Below are positions 8,498 to 16,091 of a stretch of 32,351 nt of DNA, piece after piece. The notes under the pieces were generated by a model. That model was not told where the DNA came from. It was given only the letters and a program-made list of their open reading frames with translations, and searched no databases. The translations under genes were made by a program, and so were the position numbers. Source of the stretch: an uncultured Candidatus Saccharibacteria bacterium (GTDB lineage Bacteria > Patescibacteriota > JACPGU01); contig CAYHEQ010000002.1 of assembly GCA_964355795.1 (NCBI GenBank), forward strand, positions 1-32,351. The letters are read 5' to 3'. How positions within the stretch are numbered: the first letter of the stretch is position 1; each line of letters begins with the position of its first letter.

Positions 8498-8595
8498 CAC
8501 AAACCTCCCAGCCGGCAAGCCGGCGTTTTTTTGGTTTTTCTCGCTTATAAAAGGGCGAGCGAGAGGGCGCTAGGCGCACTCTCCTTTCATGGCTT

Positions 8596-8624
8596 AATTT
8601 AGCATTTTTTTCTGATTTAGTCAA
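8596..8624 (-). promoter_or_regulatory. Putative sigma70 promoter for the lipoprotein gene
   Basis: Minus strand: TTGACT (8624-8619), 17 nt, TAAATT (8601-8596) with an extended -10 TG. Confidence 0.5.
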
Positions 8625-8731
8625 GCAGTTCGCGAGTTAATGGGCGAATCTGGCAAATCAGACGCGAAACGGGGCGAAATCAGGTTTAGATAAAGCTAGA
8701 GGAAGAGGCTGGAAAATGGTAAGATGCTTTT

Positions 8732-9997
8732 ATGCTCAAAATGTTTTTTTCTTTTCTCAAAGACAATCCTTTGGCGCGGGGGAGCCTGATTCTTTTTGTG
8801 GGTTCTTTTTTGGCCGGGGTCTTGAGCTATATTTTCAATGCCATTATGGGACGAATGTTGGGGCCAGAAGATTATGGCGCTTTCGCCTCCTTGGTATCTC
8901 TCACTTACATTACCGGGGTGCCGGCGGGAACTATCGCAGTAGTAGTAGCCAAAAAAATGGCCGAATTGCAGGCTAAAAATGAGATGACCAAAAGCCGGCC
9001 GTTCGTTGGTTATGTCGCCAAGCAATCGGCCATTTTTGGCGTTGTAGTCTTTTTGATTTTTTTGGTTTTGATCCCATTGATAATGGGGTTTTTGAAAATT
9101 GAATCTTTCTGGGCGGTTTTAATTTTGGGGCTAAGTCTTTTGGTCTCTTTCGTCTCCGCTGTGCCATCGGGAGGTCTGCGGGGGTTGGAGAAATTTTTTG
9201 AGATATCTTGGAGCTCAATTTTTTCTGCGCTAACGAGAATTGGTCTGGGCGTCCTTTTCGTTCTGGTTGGCTGGAGAGTGGCGGGAGGTCTTTTCGCCGC
9301 TTTGTGCGCTGATATTTTGGTGACCTTAGTTATTTTTCATTATTTGAGATTGCCCAAAGAAAGGACTGTTTTAGCTCGTGAAGATACGAAACTGTCGTCT
9401 TTTGCTCTGCCCGTTTTTTTTGTCACCTTATTTATGGCGGTTTTGTATAATGCCGATGTGGTCTTGGCGAAGCATTTTCTGGACACTACTAACGCCGGTT
9501 ACTACGCCATTCTTTCCTTGTTGGGCAAAATAATATTTTTTGGCACCGCCTCTATTGGCGTCGTTATCTTCCCTATTACAGCTAAAAATCATTCCTTGGG
9601 ACTAGACAATAGTCGCATCTTGAAGCTTTCCCTTTGGCTCACCTTCATCGCTTCGGCGATGGTGACCGCGATTTATTTTGTTTTTCCGGACTTGGTTATC
9701 AAGATACTTTTTGGCGCATCATACCTGCCTGTCAGCCCCTATGTGGGGCTAATGGGTATAGTCTTCGTCTTTTATTCTTTGCTCAATATTCTAGTCTCTT
9801 ACGCGCTTTCTTGTGGTCGAACGGGCATCTCTTACATTCTGGCCGGGGGCGCCTTAGTCGAGATTTTGGCGCTTTTTCTCTTTCACGGTAGCCTTGGGGA
9901 GATAATTTATGCTATGATACTGGTAATGGCGATGACGCTAGGAGGGCTGGTAATATATCTAAAGTACGGAAGGATGGTCAAAAAATGGATACTTTGA
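8732..9997 (+). CDS. Wzx/MOP-family oligosaccharide flippase
   Basis: About 12 TM helices; typical motifs GRMLGPEDYGAF, NADVVLAKHFL…AGYYA and ILFGASY. Confidence 0.88.
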   Translation: MLKMFFSFLKDNPLARGSLILFVGSFLAGVLSYIFNAIMGRMLGPEDYGAFASLVSLTYITGVPAGTIAVVVAKKMAELQAKNEMTKSRPFVGYVAKQSAIFGVVVFLIFLVLIPLIMGFLKIESFWAVLILGLSLLVSFVSAVPSGGLRGLEKFFEISWSSIFSALTRIGLGVLFVLVGWRVAGGLFAALCADILVTLVIFHYLRLPKERTVLAREDTKLSSFALPVFFVTLFMAVLYNADVVLAKHFLDTTNAGYYAILSLLGKIIFFGTASIGVVIFPITAKNHSLGLDNSRILKLSLWLTFIASAMVTAIYFVFPDLVIKILFGASYLPVSPYVGLMGIVFVFYSLLNILVSYALSCGRTGISYILAGGALVEILALFLFHGSLGEIIYAMILVMAMTLGGLVIYLKYGRMVKKWIL

Positions 9998-10944
9998 GAA
10001 AACTGATTTCTATTATTGTGCCTGTTTTTAACGAAGAGAATAATATCGGTCTTATTCATCAGGCGCTAACGAAGACCCTCCTTGAAATCCGTGATCGGTA
10101 TGAGTACGAGATATTATTCGTCAATGACGGTAGTCGAGACAATAGTGGGCTAGTTATCAAAGATCTGGCGCGGATAGACCGGAGGGTTCGTTATCTGGAA
10201 TTCTCGCGCAATTTCGGCAAGGAAGTGGCGACAACCGCCGGCATCCACCATGCTCGCGGACACGCGGTGATGATGATTGACGCCGACCTCCAGCATCCGC
10301 CGGAGCTCATCCCGGAATTTATCAAAAAATGGGAGGAAGGCGCGGAGGTGATTATTGGCGTTCGCTCCTCTTTGCGGGCCAAAAGATTAAAAAAATTAGG
10401 CTCTGTATTTTTTTACAAAATAATTAATGTTATAGGTGAGAATATCCACTTGACTCCCTTTGCCACCGATTTCAGTCTCTTGGATAGGCGAGTGGTCAAG
10501 GAATTCAACAGATTCACCGAGAGGAGCAGAATGACGAGGGGGTTGGTCAATTGGCTTGGTTTCAAAAGGGATTTCGTCTACTTTGACGCGCCCGAGAGAG
10601 CCGACGGGAAACCCGGGTACGGTGGTTGGAGGCTAATCGGGTTGGCGATGAATACTTTCGTAGCGCACAGTCTTTTTCCCTTGAAATTGGCTGGCTATCT
10701 AGGGGTTTTCATCGTTTTGATTTCTGGCGTTTTGGGTTTCTATATCTTGCTTGGTAAGTATTTTTTTCACTGGGTTTTTGCTTTGAGTTTTTCTGGACCA
10801 GCGCAATTGGCAATCCTTATCATCTTTCTGGTCGGAATCATTTTGAGCTGTCTCGGGCTAATCGCTCTTTATATCGGCGGTATTCACAGCGAGATTCTTA
10901 ATCGGCCGATTTATGTGATACGGGAAAAGCATAATTTTGAATAG
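9985..10944 (+). CDS. GT2 polyprenol-phosphate glycosyltransferase (GtrB/DPM-like)
   Basis: SIIVPVFNEE, FVNDGSRD, FSRNFGKE, IDADLQHPPE, two C-terminal TMs and RPIYVI. Confidence 0.9.
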   Translation: MDTLRKLISIIVPVFNEENNIGLIHQALTKTLLEIRDRYEYEILFVNDGSRDNSGLVIKDLARIDRRVRYLEFSRNFGKEVATTAGIHHARGHAVMMIDADLQHPPELIPEFIKKWEEGAEVIIGVRSSLRAKRLKKLGSVFFYKIINVIGENIHLTPFATDFSLLDRRVVKEFNRFTERSRMTRGLVNWLGFKRDFVYFDAPERADGKPGYGGWRLIGLAMNTFVAHSLFPLKLAGYLGVFIVLISGVLGFYILLGKYFFHWVFALSFSGPAQLAILIIFLVGIILSCLGLIALYIGGIHSEILNRPIYVIREKHNFE

Positions 10945-10950
10945 GCGATT

Positions 10951-10978
10951 GTAGGGGCGCGATTAATCGCGCCCCTAC
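10951..10978. repeat. REP, 28-bp palindrome upstream of RAYT
   Basis: GTAGGGGCGCGATTAATCGCGCCCCTAC. Confidence 0.95.
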
Positions 10979-11000
10979 GGAGGATATGATAAAATAAGAT

Positions 11001-11546
11001 ATGCAAGGACAAAACAAAAACAGAAAATCTATTCGTCTCAAGAATTATGATTATTCCGAGCCAGGGGATTATTTCGTCACTATTTGTACGCAAGGAAGGA
11101 AATGTTTGTTCGGAGAAATACAAGAAGGCAAAATGATCTTGAATAGTATTGGAAAAGTAGCGGAAAAATGTTGGTTAGAAATACCCAAACATTTTCCTAA
11201 TGTAGAATTGGATATTTTTCAGATAATGCCAAATCATATCCATTTCATCTTGAGGATTTTAGATTGTAGGGGCGCGATTAATCGCGCCCCTACGGATGCG
11301 GTAAACGGTGGTTTTGCCAGTAGAAAAAGTCCAATGTTGAATCCAAATTCATTATCAAAAATAATTAGGTGGTTCAAGGGTAGAACAACATTCGAGATAC
11401 ATAAATTAGGATTTAATTTCCAGTGGCAACGTAATTTCTACGAACATATTATCCGCAACGAAAAATCATATAATGAGATCTATGCCTATATTGAATCCAA
11501 CCCCCAAATGTGGGATAGAGATAAAGATAATCCGGCCTATTCGTAG
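11001..11546 (+). CDS. REP-associated tyrosine transposase (RAYT/TnpA-REP, Y1 HUH, IS200/IS605 superfamily)
   Basis: RKSIRLKNYDY, YFVTICT, HUH motif IMPNHIHFI, and WQRNFYEHIIRN…YIESNP with the catalytic Tyr; REPs on both sides and inside the gene. Confidence 0.93.
   Translation: MQGQNKNRKSIRLKNYDYSEPGDYFVTICTQGRKCLFGEIQEGKMILNSIGKVAEKCWLEIPKHFPNVELDIFQIMPNHIHFILRILDCRGAINRAPTDAVNGGFASRKSPMLNPNSLSKIIRWFKGRTTFEIHKLGFNFQWQRNFYEHIIRNEKSYNEIYAYIESNPQMWDRDKDNPAYS
11266..11293. repeat. REP inside the RAYT coding sequence
   Basis: Consensus palindrome, translated as CRGAINRAPT. Confidence 0.95.
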
Positions 11547-11570
11547 GGGCAGAAAATCTTCTGCCCCTAC
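11543..11570. repeat. Variant REP providing the RAYT stop codon
   Basis: GTAGGGGCAGAA-AATC-TTCTGCCCCTAC; TAG at 11544-11546. Confidence 0.9.
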
Positions 11571-11594
11571 AGGGAACATCTAGGTCAACGCCAT

Positions 11595-12629
11595 ATGAAA
11601 TATAGTTTCATTATTCCAGTCAAAGCCATCAACGACTATATCAGGGAGGCGATCCCGGAGATTTTGAAAATCGCCAGAAACGATTACGAGATAATCGTCT
11701 ATCCGGATAGCGTAGGGGCGCAATTAATTGCGCCCCTACCGCCGGATGATCGTAGGGGCGCGATTAATCGCGCCCCTACGAGACAAATTGGCACGGGGGC
11801 GATGGGCCCAGCGGAAAAAAGGAGTCTGGCGATCCGCGATGCCAAAGGTGAGATTTTAATTTTCATAGACGATGACGCCTACCCTGAAAAAAACTTTCTG
11901 GATATTTTGGCCAAAGATTTTGAAGACGAAAGTGTGGTGGCGGTGGGCGGACCAGCGATCACGCCGAAGAATGATTCTTTTTGGCAAAAGGTTTCCGGAG
12001 CATTTTTTGTCAGCGCGCTTTCCGGTGGTTATCCCGAAAGGTATGTTTCAAAAGGCAAAAAAAGATTGGTTGACGACTGGCCGTCGGTCAATCTGTCGGT
12101 GCGCAAGAAATCTTTTGAAGAAATAGGTGGTTTCAATTCTTCTTATTGGCCGGGGGAAGATACGAAATTGTGCCTAGATTTACTGGCAAAAGGCGGAAAA
12201 ATTATTTACGATCCGGAACTGGTAGCCTATCACCACCGTCGCGCTGGCCTCTTGAAGCATTTGCGACAAGTCGGAGGGTACGGCATTCACAGGGGATTCT
12301 TTGCCAAGAAATATCCGCAGACTTCGCTCAAATTCAAGTATTTCCTGCCGAGTTTTTTTCTGCTTTTCAATATCTTGTTTCTTATTGATTTGGTGGCTTA
12401 TTTTCTCTATCCGAGCATTTTTGATTTGGTGACGGGAATATTTTTGCTGGGTTATGGCCTTTACTTTTTGGCTCTTTGCGTGGCCTTTTTTGACATTTAC
12501 AGATATGAAAGAAATTTTCTCATCAGCCTTTGCGCCTTGCCCTACATATTTTTTTCCCACCTGTATTACGGATGGCGATTTATCCAGGGTTTCGTCTTCA
12601 CCAAAGAGCTGAAGAGTAAATTGAGGTAA
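11595..12629 (+). CDS. GT2 glycosyltransferase with C-terminal TM helices and an in-frame double REP insertion
   Basis: YSFIIPV, IFIDDDA, IGGF…GED and a hydrophobic C-terminus. Confidence 0.88.
   Translation: MKYSFIIPVKAINDYIREAIPEILKIARNDYEIIVYPDSVGAQLIAPLPPDDRRGAINRAPTRQIGTGAMGPAEKRSLAIRDAKGEILIFIDDDAYPEKNFLDILAKDFEDESVVAVGGPAITPKNDSFWQKVSGAFFVSALSGGYPERYVSKGKKRLVDDWPSVNLSVRKKSFEEIGGFNSSYWPGEDTKLCLDLLAKGGKIIYDPELVAYHHRRAGLLKHLRQVGGYGIHRGFFAKKYPQTSLKFKYFLPSFFLLFNILFLIDLVAYFLYPSIFDLVTGIFLLGYGLYFLALCVAFFDIYRYERNFLISLCALPYIFFSHLYYGWRFIQGFVFTKELKSKLR
11712..11779. repeat. Two tandem REPs inside the GT2 gene
   Basis: GTAGGGGCGCAATTAATTGCGCCCCTAC (11712-11739) and a consensus copy (11752-11779). 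Confidence 0.95.
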
Positions 12630-12631
12630 AA

Positions 12632-12660
12632 TTATAGCCCGGGATTTTCCCGGGCTATAA
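12632..12660. terminator. Perfect 13-bp inverted repeat between convergent genes (probable terminator)
   Basis: ttatagcccggga-ttt-tcccgggctataa. Confidence 0.65.
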
Positions 12661-12676
12661 GGTTTCTTCAAAAAAG

Positions 12677-13450
12677 TTAAAGCGCGTTGTCTTCGACGAG
12701 CTGGCGCATAGCGCGTAGCATTTGTCGAAGCTTCCAGAGCGTAATGCCCTTGGCGCCCAGGGTAGCTTCAACCATGAAGTGGCCGGAGAAACCATTTTGC
12801 CTTATGAATCTAAGCATCTTGTGAAGCTCCGTATCTTCGCCCCTCATAATTTCCGACAATTCATCCCCTTGATTTGGCTGAACATGGACTACCTTGACGA
12901 AGGGAAGCAGGCGGGGGATTAAGAGTTGCCATTTTTCAAGCGGCATCCCTCTCTCATCCAAATGCTCCCAGACCGATCGACGAAGGTGATATGTGTCTAA
13001 TACGAGTTGGGCACGATGTTTTTTCGCCCAGCTGGCAATCTCACTCGTCTCCATATTGATTCTGGGGGAGACTTCGAGCAATCTTCCTTTTTGCCATTCT
13101 TCAATCGAATGGACGACGATGACCGGGGGAGGCTGGCGGATTTTCATCGCTTCAAAAATCTCCTGTGAGCGCTCCGGATTGGGGAAGAAAAGCCAGTCGG
13201 CGATATTGGGCACCAGGCCTTGGCCAGTTGGTTGACCGGACAAGGCTTCTCGGAGACTTCGCACCGGATTCCACGCTCCCTCTAAGTAACTAATCGGCAA
13301 GGAGGGCGTTATCCCTACCGATCCTCGAAGGGGCAACATACCTATAAAGCCGAACCCATCTTTTTCTGCCCACCGGGTGGCTTTTCTCGTAAAAAAAGCC
13401 GACCAAGGCAGGTAAGACGCCAGTGATACTCCGATTCTGTTTCTGGGCAT
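12677..13450 (-). CDS. Divergent xylose-isomerase-like TIM barrel protein (sugar phosphate isomerase/epimerase / AP endonuclease 2 fold)
   Basis: Metal-ligand pattern LLEV…LVLDTYHL…VVHVQ…FMVEA; GGGGAGG RBS upstream. Confidence 0.6.
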   Translation of the reverse strand: MPRNRIGVSLASYLPWSAFFTRKATRWAEKDGFGFIGMLPLRGSVGITPSLPISYLEGAWNPVRSLREALSGQPTGQGLVPNIADWLFFPNPERSQEIFEAMKIRQPPPVIVVHSIEEWQKGRLLEVSPRINMETSEIASWAKKHRAQLVLDTYHLRRSVWEHLDERGMPLEKWQLLIPRLLPFVKVVHVQPNQGDELSEIMRGEDTELHKMLRFIRQNGFSGHFMVEATLGAKGITLWKLRQMLRAMRQLVEDNAL

Positions 13451-13542
13451 TGCGAGTCGCCTCCCCTTGGATTTTCTGTCTGATTGACAAAGGACATCTT
13501 TGGCACTACTATGGAATAACCATATTGCCGAGATTAGAGAAT

Positions 13543-13571
13543 ATTATACATGGCATTGTTTTTTTTGTCAA
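13543..13571 (-). promoter_or_regulatory. Perfect-consensus sigma70 promoter for the antisense TIM-barrel gene
   Basis: Minus strand: TTGACA (13571-13566), 17 nt, TATAAT (13548-13543). Confidence 0.8.
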
Positions 13572-13586
13572 TATAAATTCAAAGAA

Positions 13587-14444
13587 ATGAGCAATAGGCC
13601 ATTACTTTCTGTCATTATTGCTACTAGGAACGAAGAAAAAAATATAGGCAACTGTATTCGCTCGATTTTGGGGCAAAGCTACAAAGATGTCGAGATTATC
13701 GTGGTGGACAAAGGATCTTCTGACAATACCGTAGAGATAGCGAGGTCTTTGGGCGCGACGGTATTTCCTTTGGCGGGCTATGTGGATATGGACGGTGTCA
13801 AAAACTTCCGAGGCGCGCAGGTCAATCTGGGGGCGAGAAAGGCTAAGGGAGATATCATCTTTTTCCCAGATGCGGATATGACTTTTGAAGAGGGTCTTTT
13901 GACGGAAGCAGTTGAAAAAATGGCCGAATATGACGCTCTTTATATCCCAGAGATAGTAATGGGCAAGGGATTGATGGGGCGGATCAGGAAGTTTGAGCGC
14001 AGTTTTTATAACGAAACGCCGATAGACGCCGTTAGGATTGTCAGAAAAGATATTTTCAAAAAAGTGGGCGGATTTGATGAAAAAAACATCGCTTTTTCTA
14101 CCGATGATTGGGATTTGACGAAGATGATTAAAAAAGTGACAGAGAAAATTTCTATTACCAAAAGCAAACTGTATCACAACGAAGCGCAGATTTCTCTCCG
14201 GAAATATTTACAGAAAAAATTGCAATACGCCGATACTTTTGCCGATTATATCGCTAAATGGGGTCAAGACGATCCTGATATCAAAAAGCAATTTGGTTTT
14301 TCCTACCGTTTTTTCGGAGTATTCTGGGAAAAAGGCAAATGGAGAAAATTACTTTGTCATCCATTCTTGGCTTTGGGGATGTATTCTTTGAGGGTGTTAG
14401 TAGGGGTGCGATTAATCGCACCCCTACGGGGGATAAATTTTTAG
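13587..14444 (+). CDS. GT2 glycosyltransferase; C-terminus encoded by a REP
   Basis: ATG 13587, LSVIIATRNEE, VVDKGSSD, FPDADM, VGGFDE; the tail VGVRLIAPL is the REP. Confidence 0.88.
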   Translation: MSNRPLLSVIIATRNEEKNIGNCIRSILGQSYKDVEIIVVDKGSSDNTVEIARSLGATVFPLAGYVDMDGVKNFRGAQVNLGARKAKGDIIFFPDADMTFEEGLLTEAVEKMAEYDALYIPEIVMGKGLMGRIRKFERSFYNETPIDAVRIVRKDIFKKVGGFDEKNIAFSTDDWDLTKMIKKVTEKISITKSKLYHNEAQISLRKYLQKKLQYADTFADYIAKWGQDDPDIKKQFGFSYRFFGVFWEKGKWRKLLCHPFLALGMYSLRVLVGVRLIAPLRGINF

Positions 14445-14491
14445 AAAACCGTAGGGGCGCGATTAATCGCACCCCTACAGGGGATAAATTT
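14400..14491. repeat. Tandem REP pair (51-bp period), each followed by GGGGATAAATTT
   Basis: GTAGGGGTGCGATTAATCGCACCCCTAC (14400-14427) and GTAGGGGCGCGATTAATCGCACCCCTAC (14451-14478). Confidence 0.93.
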
Positions 14492-14496
14492 CATAC

Positions 14497-15189
14497 ATGA
14501 GAAATATTGTTGAAGAAAAACCTACTGACGAGATCCACGGTCGAGCGCTTTACAACACTCTTTTTGTCGACGATGAAGATATTGAGGGGAAAAATATTCT
14601 TGATATTGGTTGTGGTTTTGGCTGGATGGAACTAAATCTTTCTCAAAGGGGGGCGAGGAAAATTACGGCGATGGAAAATACAGAAGAAAGTTTGGCAACG
14701 GTCAAAAAGTATATTGATGACGAAAAGATAGATTTTCGAGTTGGCTCAGCGATTGATCTGCCTTTTACTGAAAAGACATTTGACACAGTAATAGCCTGGG
14801 AAGTAATAGAGCATATCCCCAAAAATATGGAAACAAAAATGCTCTCGGAGATTTATCGAGTCCTAAAACCTCAGGGGGTGTTTTGTCTCTCCACGCCCCA
14901 CCGTTCTTTTTTTGCTAATATCTTTGATCCAGCTTGGTGGTTGACCGGGCATCGACATTACACTAAGGGAAAACTGATCAAAACGGGAGAAGCAGAAGGC
15001 TTTGCCGTTGAGAGAGCAGAGACTCGCGGTGGCTGGTGGGAGATATTGATGATGGCGAATCTTTATGTGGCCAAATGGGTTTTTCGCCGGCGACCATTTT
15101 TCCAAAATTTTTTTTACCAACAACTAGACAGAGAATATAGGAGAGAAAAAGGATTTGCCGAAATATTTTTAAAGTTCAGAAAAAAATGA
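14497..15189 (+). CDS. Class I SAM-dependent methyltransferase
   Basis: ILDIGCGFG, LPF…FDTV…EVIEH, RVLKPQG…LSTP. Confidence 0.9.
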   Translation: MRNIVEEKPTDEIHGRALYNTLFVDDEDIEGKNILDIGCGFGWMELNLSQRGARKITAMENTEESLATVKKYIDDEKIDFRVGSAIDLPFTEKTFDTVIAWEVIEHIPKNMETKMLSEIYRVLKPQGVFCLSTPHRSFFANIFDPAWWLTGHRHYTKGKLIKTGEAEGFAVERAETRGGWWEILMMANLYVAKWVFRRRPFFQNFFYQQLDREYRREKGFAEIFLKFRKK

Positions 15190-16091
15190 ACCCTCTTGTT
15201 TCTATTATCACAGTCACCTACAATAGGGAAAAAGACATTGAACTATGCCTGGATTCCCTCTTGGCCAGTAGCTTTTCCGATTACGAGGCGATAGTCGTGG
15301 ACAATGCCTCAACGGACAAAACGAGGGAATTGCTGGAAGAAAAATACGCCGGCAAAATCAGATTGATAAAAAGCGAGACCAATCTGATGGCCGGAGGAGG
15401 GCGTAATCTTGGCGCCAAATACGCCACTGGCGACTTTTTGCTTTTCGTTGACAGTGACAATGTTGTTGATCGGGAGATGGTGGAGGAATTGCTCCATGGT
15501 TTTCGGAATACAAAAAAAGCTGGTTTAGTGGGGCCATTGATGTATTATTATAATGATAAGGGCAGGATCTGGTGGGCGGGCGCCGACATCAATCTGCTAA
15601 CTAGCAAGACAAGATACATCGGCATTGACGAGATAGACGAAGGGCAGTATCAGAATATAGTTGAAGTCGGGCATATCCCCAATTGTTTTATGACGACAAG
15701 AAAAATCTGGGAAGATGTCGGGGGGATAGAGAGCTCCTTTGTGATGCATTATGAGGAATCAGACTTGGCGGAGAAGATAAAAAAAGCAGGTTGGAGGGCG
15801 TATCTGATCCCGCGCGCAAAAACTTGGCACAATATACCCTCATCCTTTGAAAAAAATATCCGCAATTATGGAGGAGAAAGTCATCAGAGAACGTATTATA
15901 CCGCCAAAAATAGAGTTCTTTTCATGAGGCGTAATACTACTAGATGGAAGTTTTTGATTTTTCTCCTCATTTTTAATAATATTTTTCTAGTAGCCTACAT
16001 CGTCAATCTCTTGAAAAACAAGAAATATGACTTGGCCAAAACTTACCTCAAAGGCTCCTTTGACGGAGCAATAAATAGAAAGGAACAATGA
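15186..16091 (+). CDS. GT2 glycosyltransferase
   Basis: VSIITVTYN, VVDNASTD, LFVDSDN, VGG…YEESDL; ATGA overlap with the upstream gene. Confidence 0.9.
   Translation: MNPLVSIITVTYNREKDIELCLDSLLASSFSDYEAIVVDNASTDKTRELLEEKYAGKIRLIKSETNLMAGGGRNLGAKYATGDFLLFVDSDNVVDREMVEELLHGFRNTKKAGLVGPLMYYYNDKGRIWWAGADINLLTSKTRYIGIDEIDEGQYQNIVEVGHIPNCFMTTRKIWEDVGGIESSFVMHYEESDLAEKIKKAGWRAYLIPRAKTWHNIPSSFEKNIRNYGGESHQRTYYTAKNRVLFMRRNTTRWKFLIFLLIFNNIFLVAYIVNLLKNKKYDLAKTYLKGSFDGAINRKEQ

Noticed and set aside
8630-8700. Weak resemblance to a c-di-GMP-I riboswitch (GGCAAA…GAAA)
   Set aside because: The required stems cannot be formed convincingly; an Infernal scan would settle it.
11001-11546. IS200/IS605 element with tnpB
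   Set aside because: No tnpB; the motifs and GTAG repeats fit a RAYT.
13500-13586. Upstream extension of the GT2 ORF
   Set aside because: It overlaps the divergent promoter; the GT2 fold starts right after ATG 13587.
5522-14478. 28-bp repeats as a CRISPR array
   Set aside because: Dispersed and at most paired, no regular spacer series, no cas genes; the adjacent RAYT explains them as REPs.
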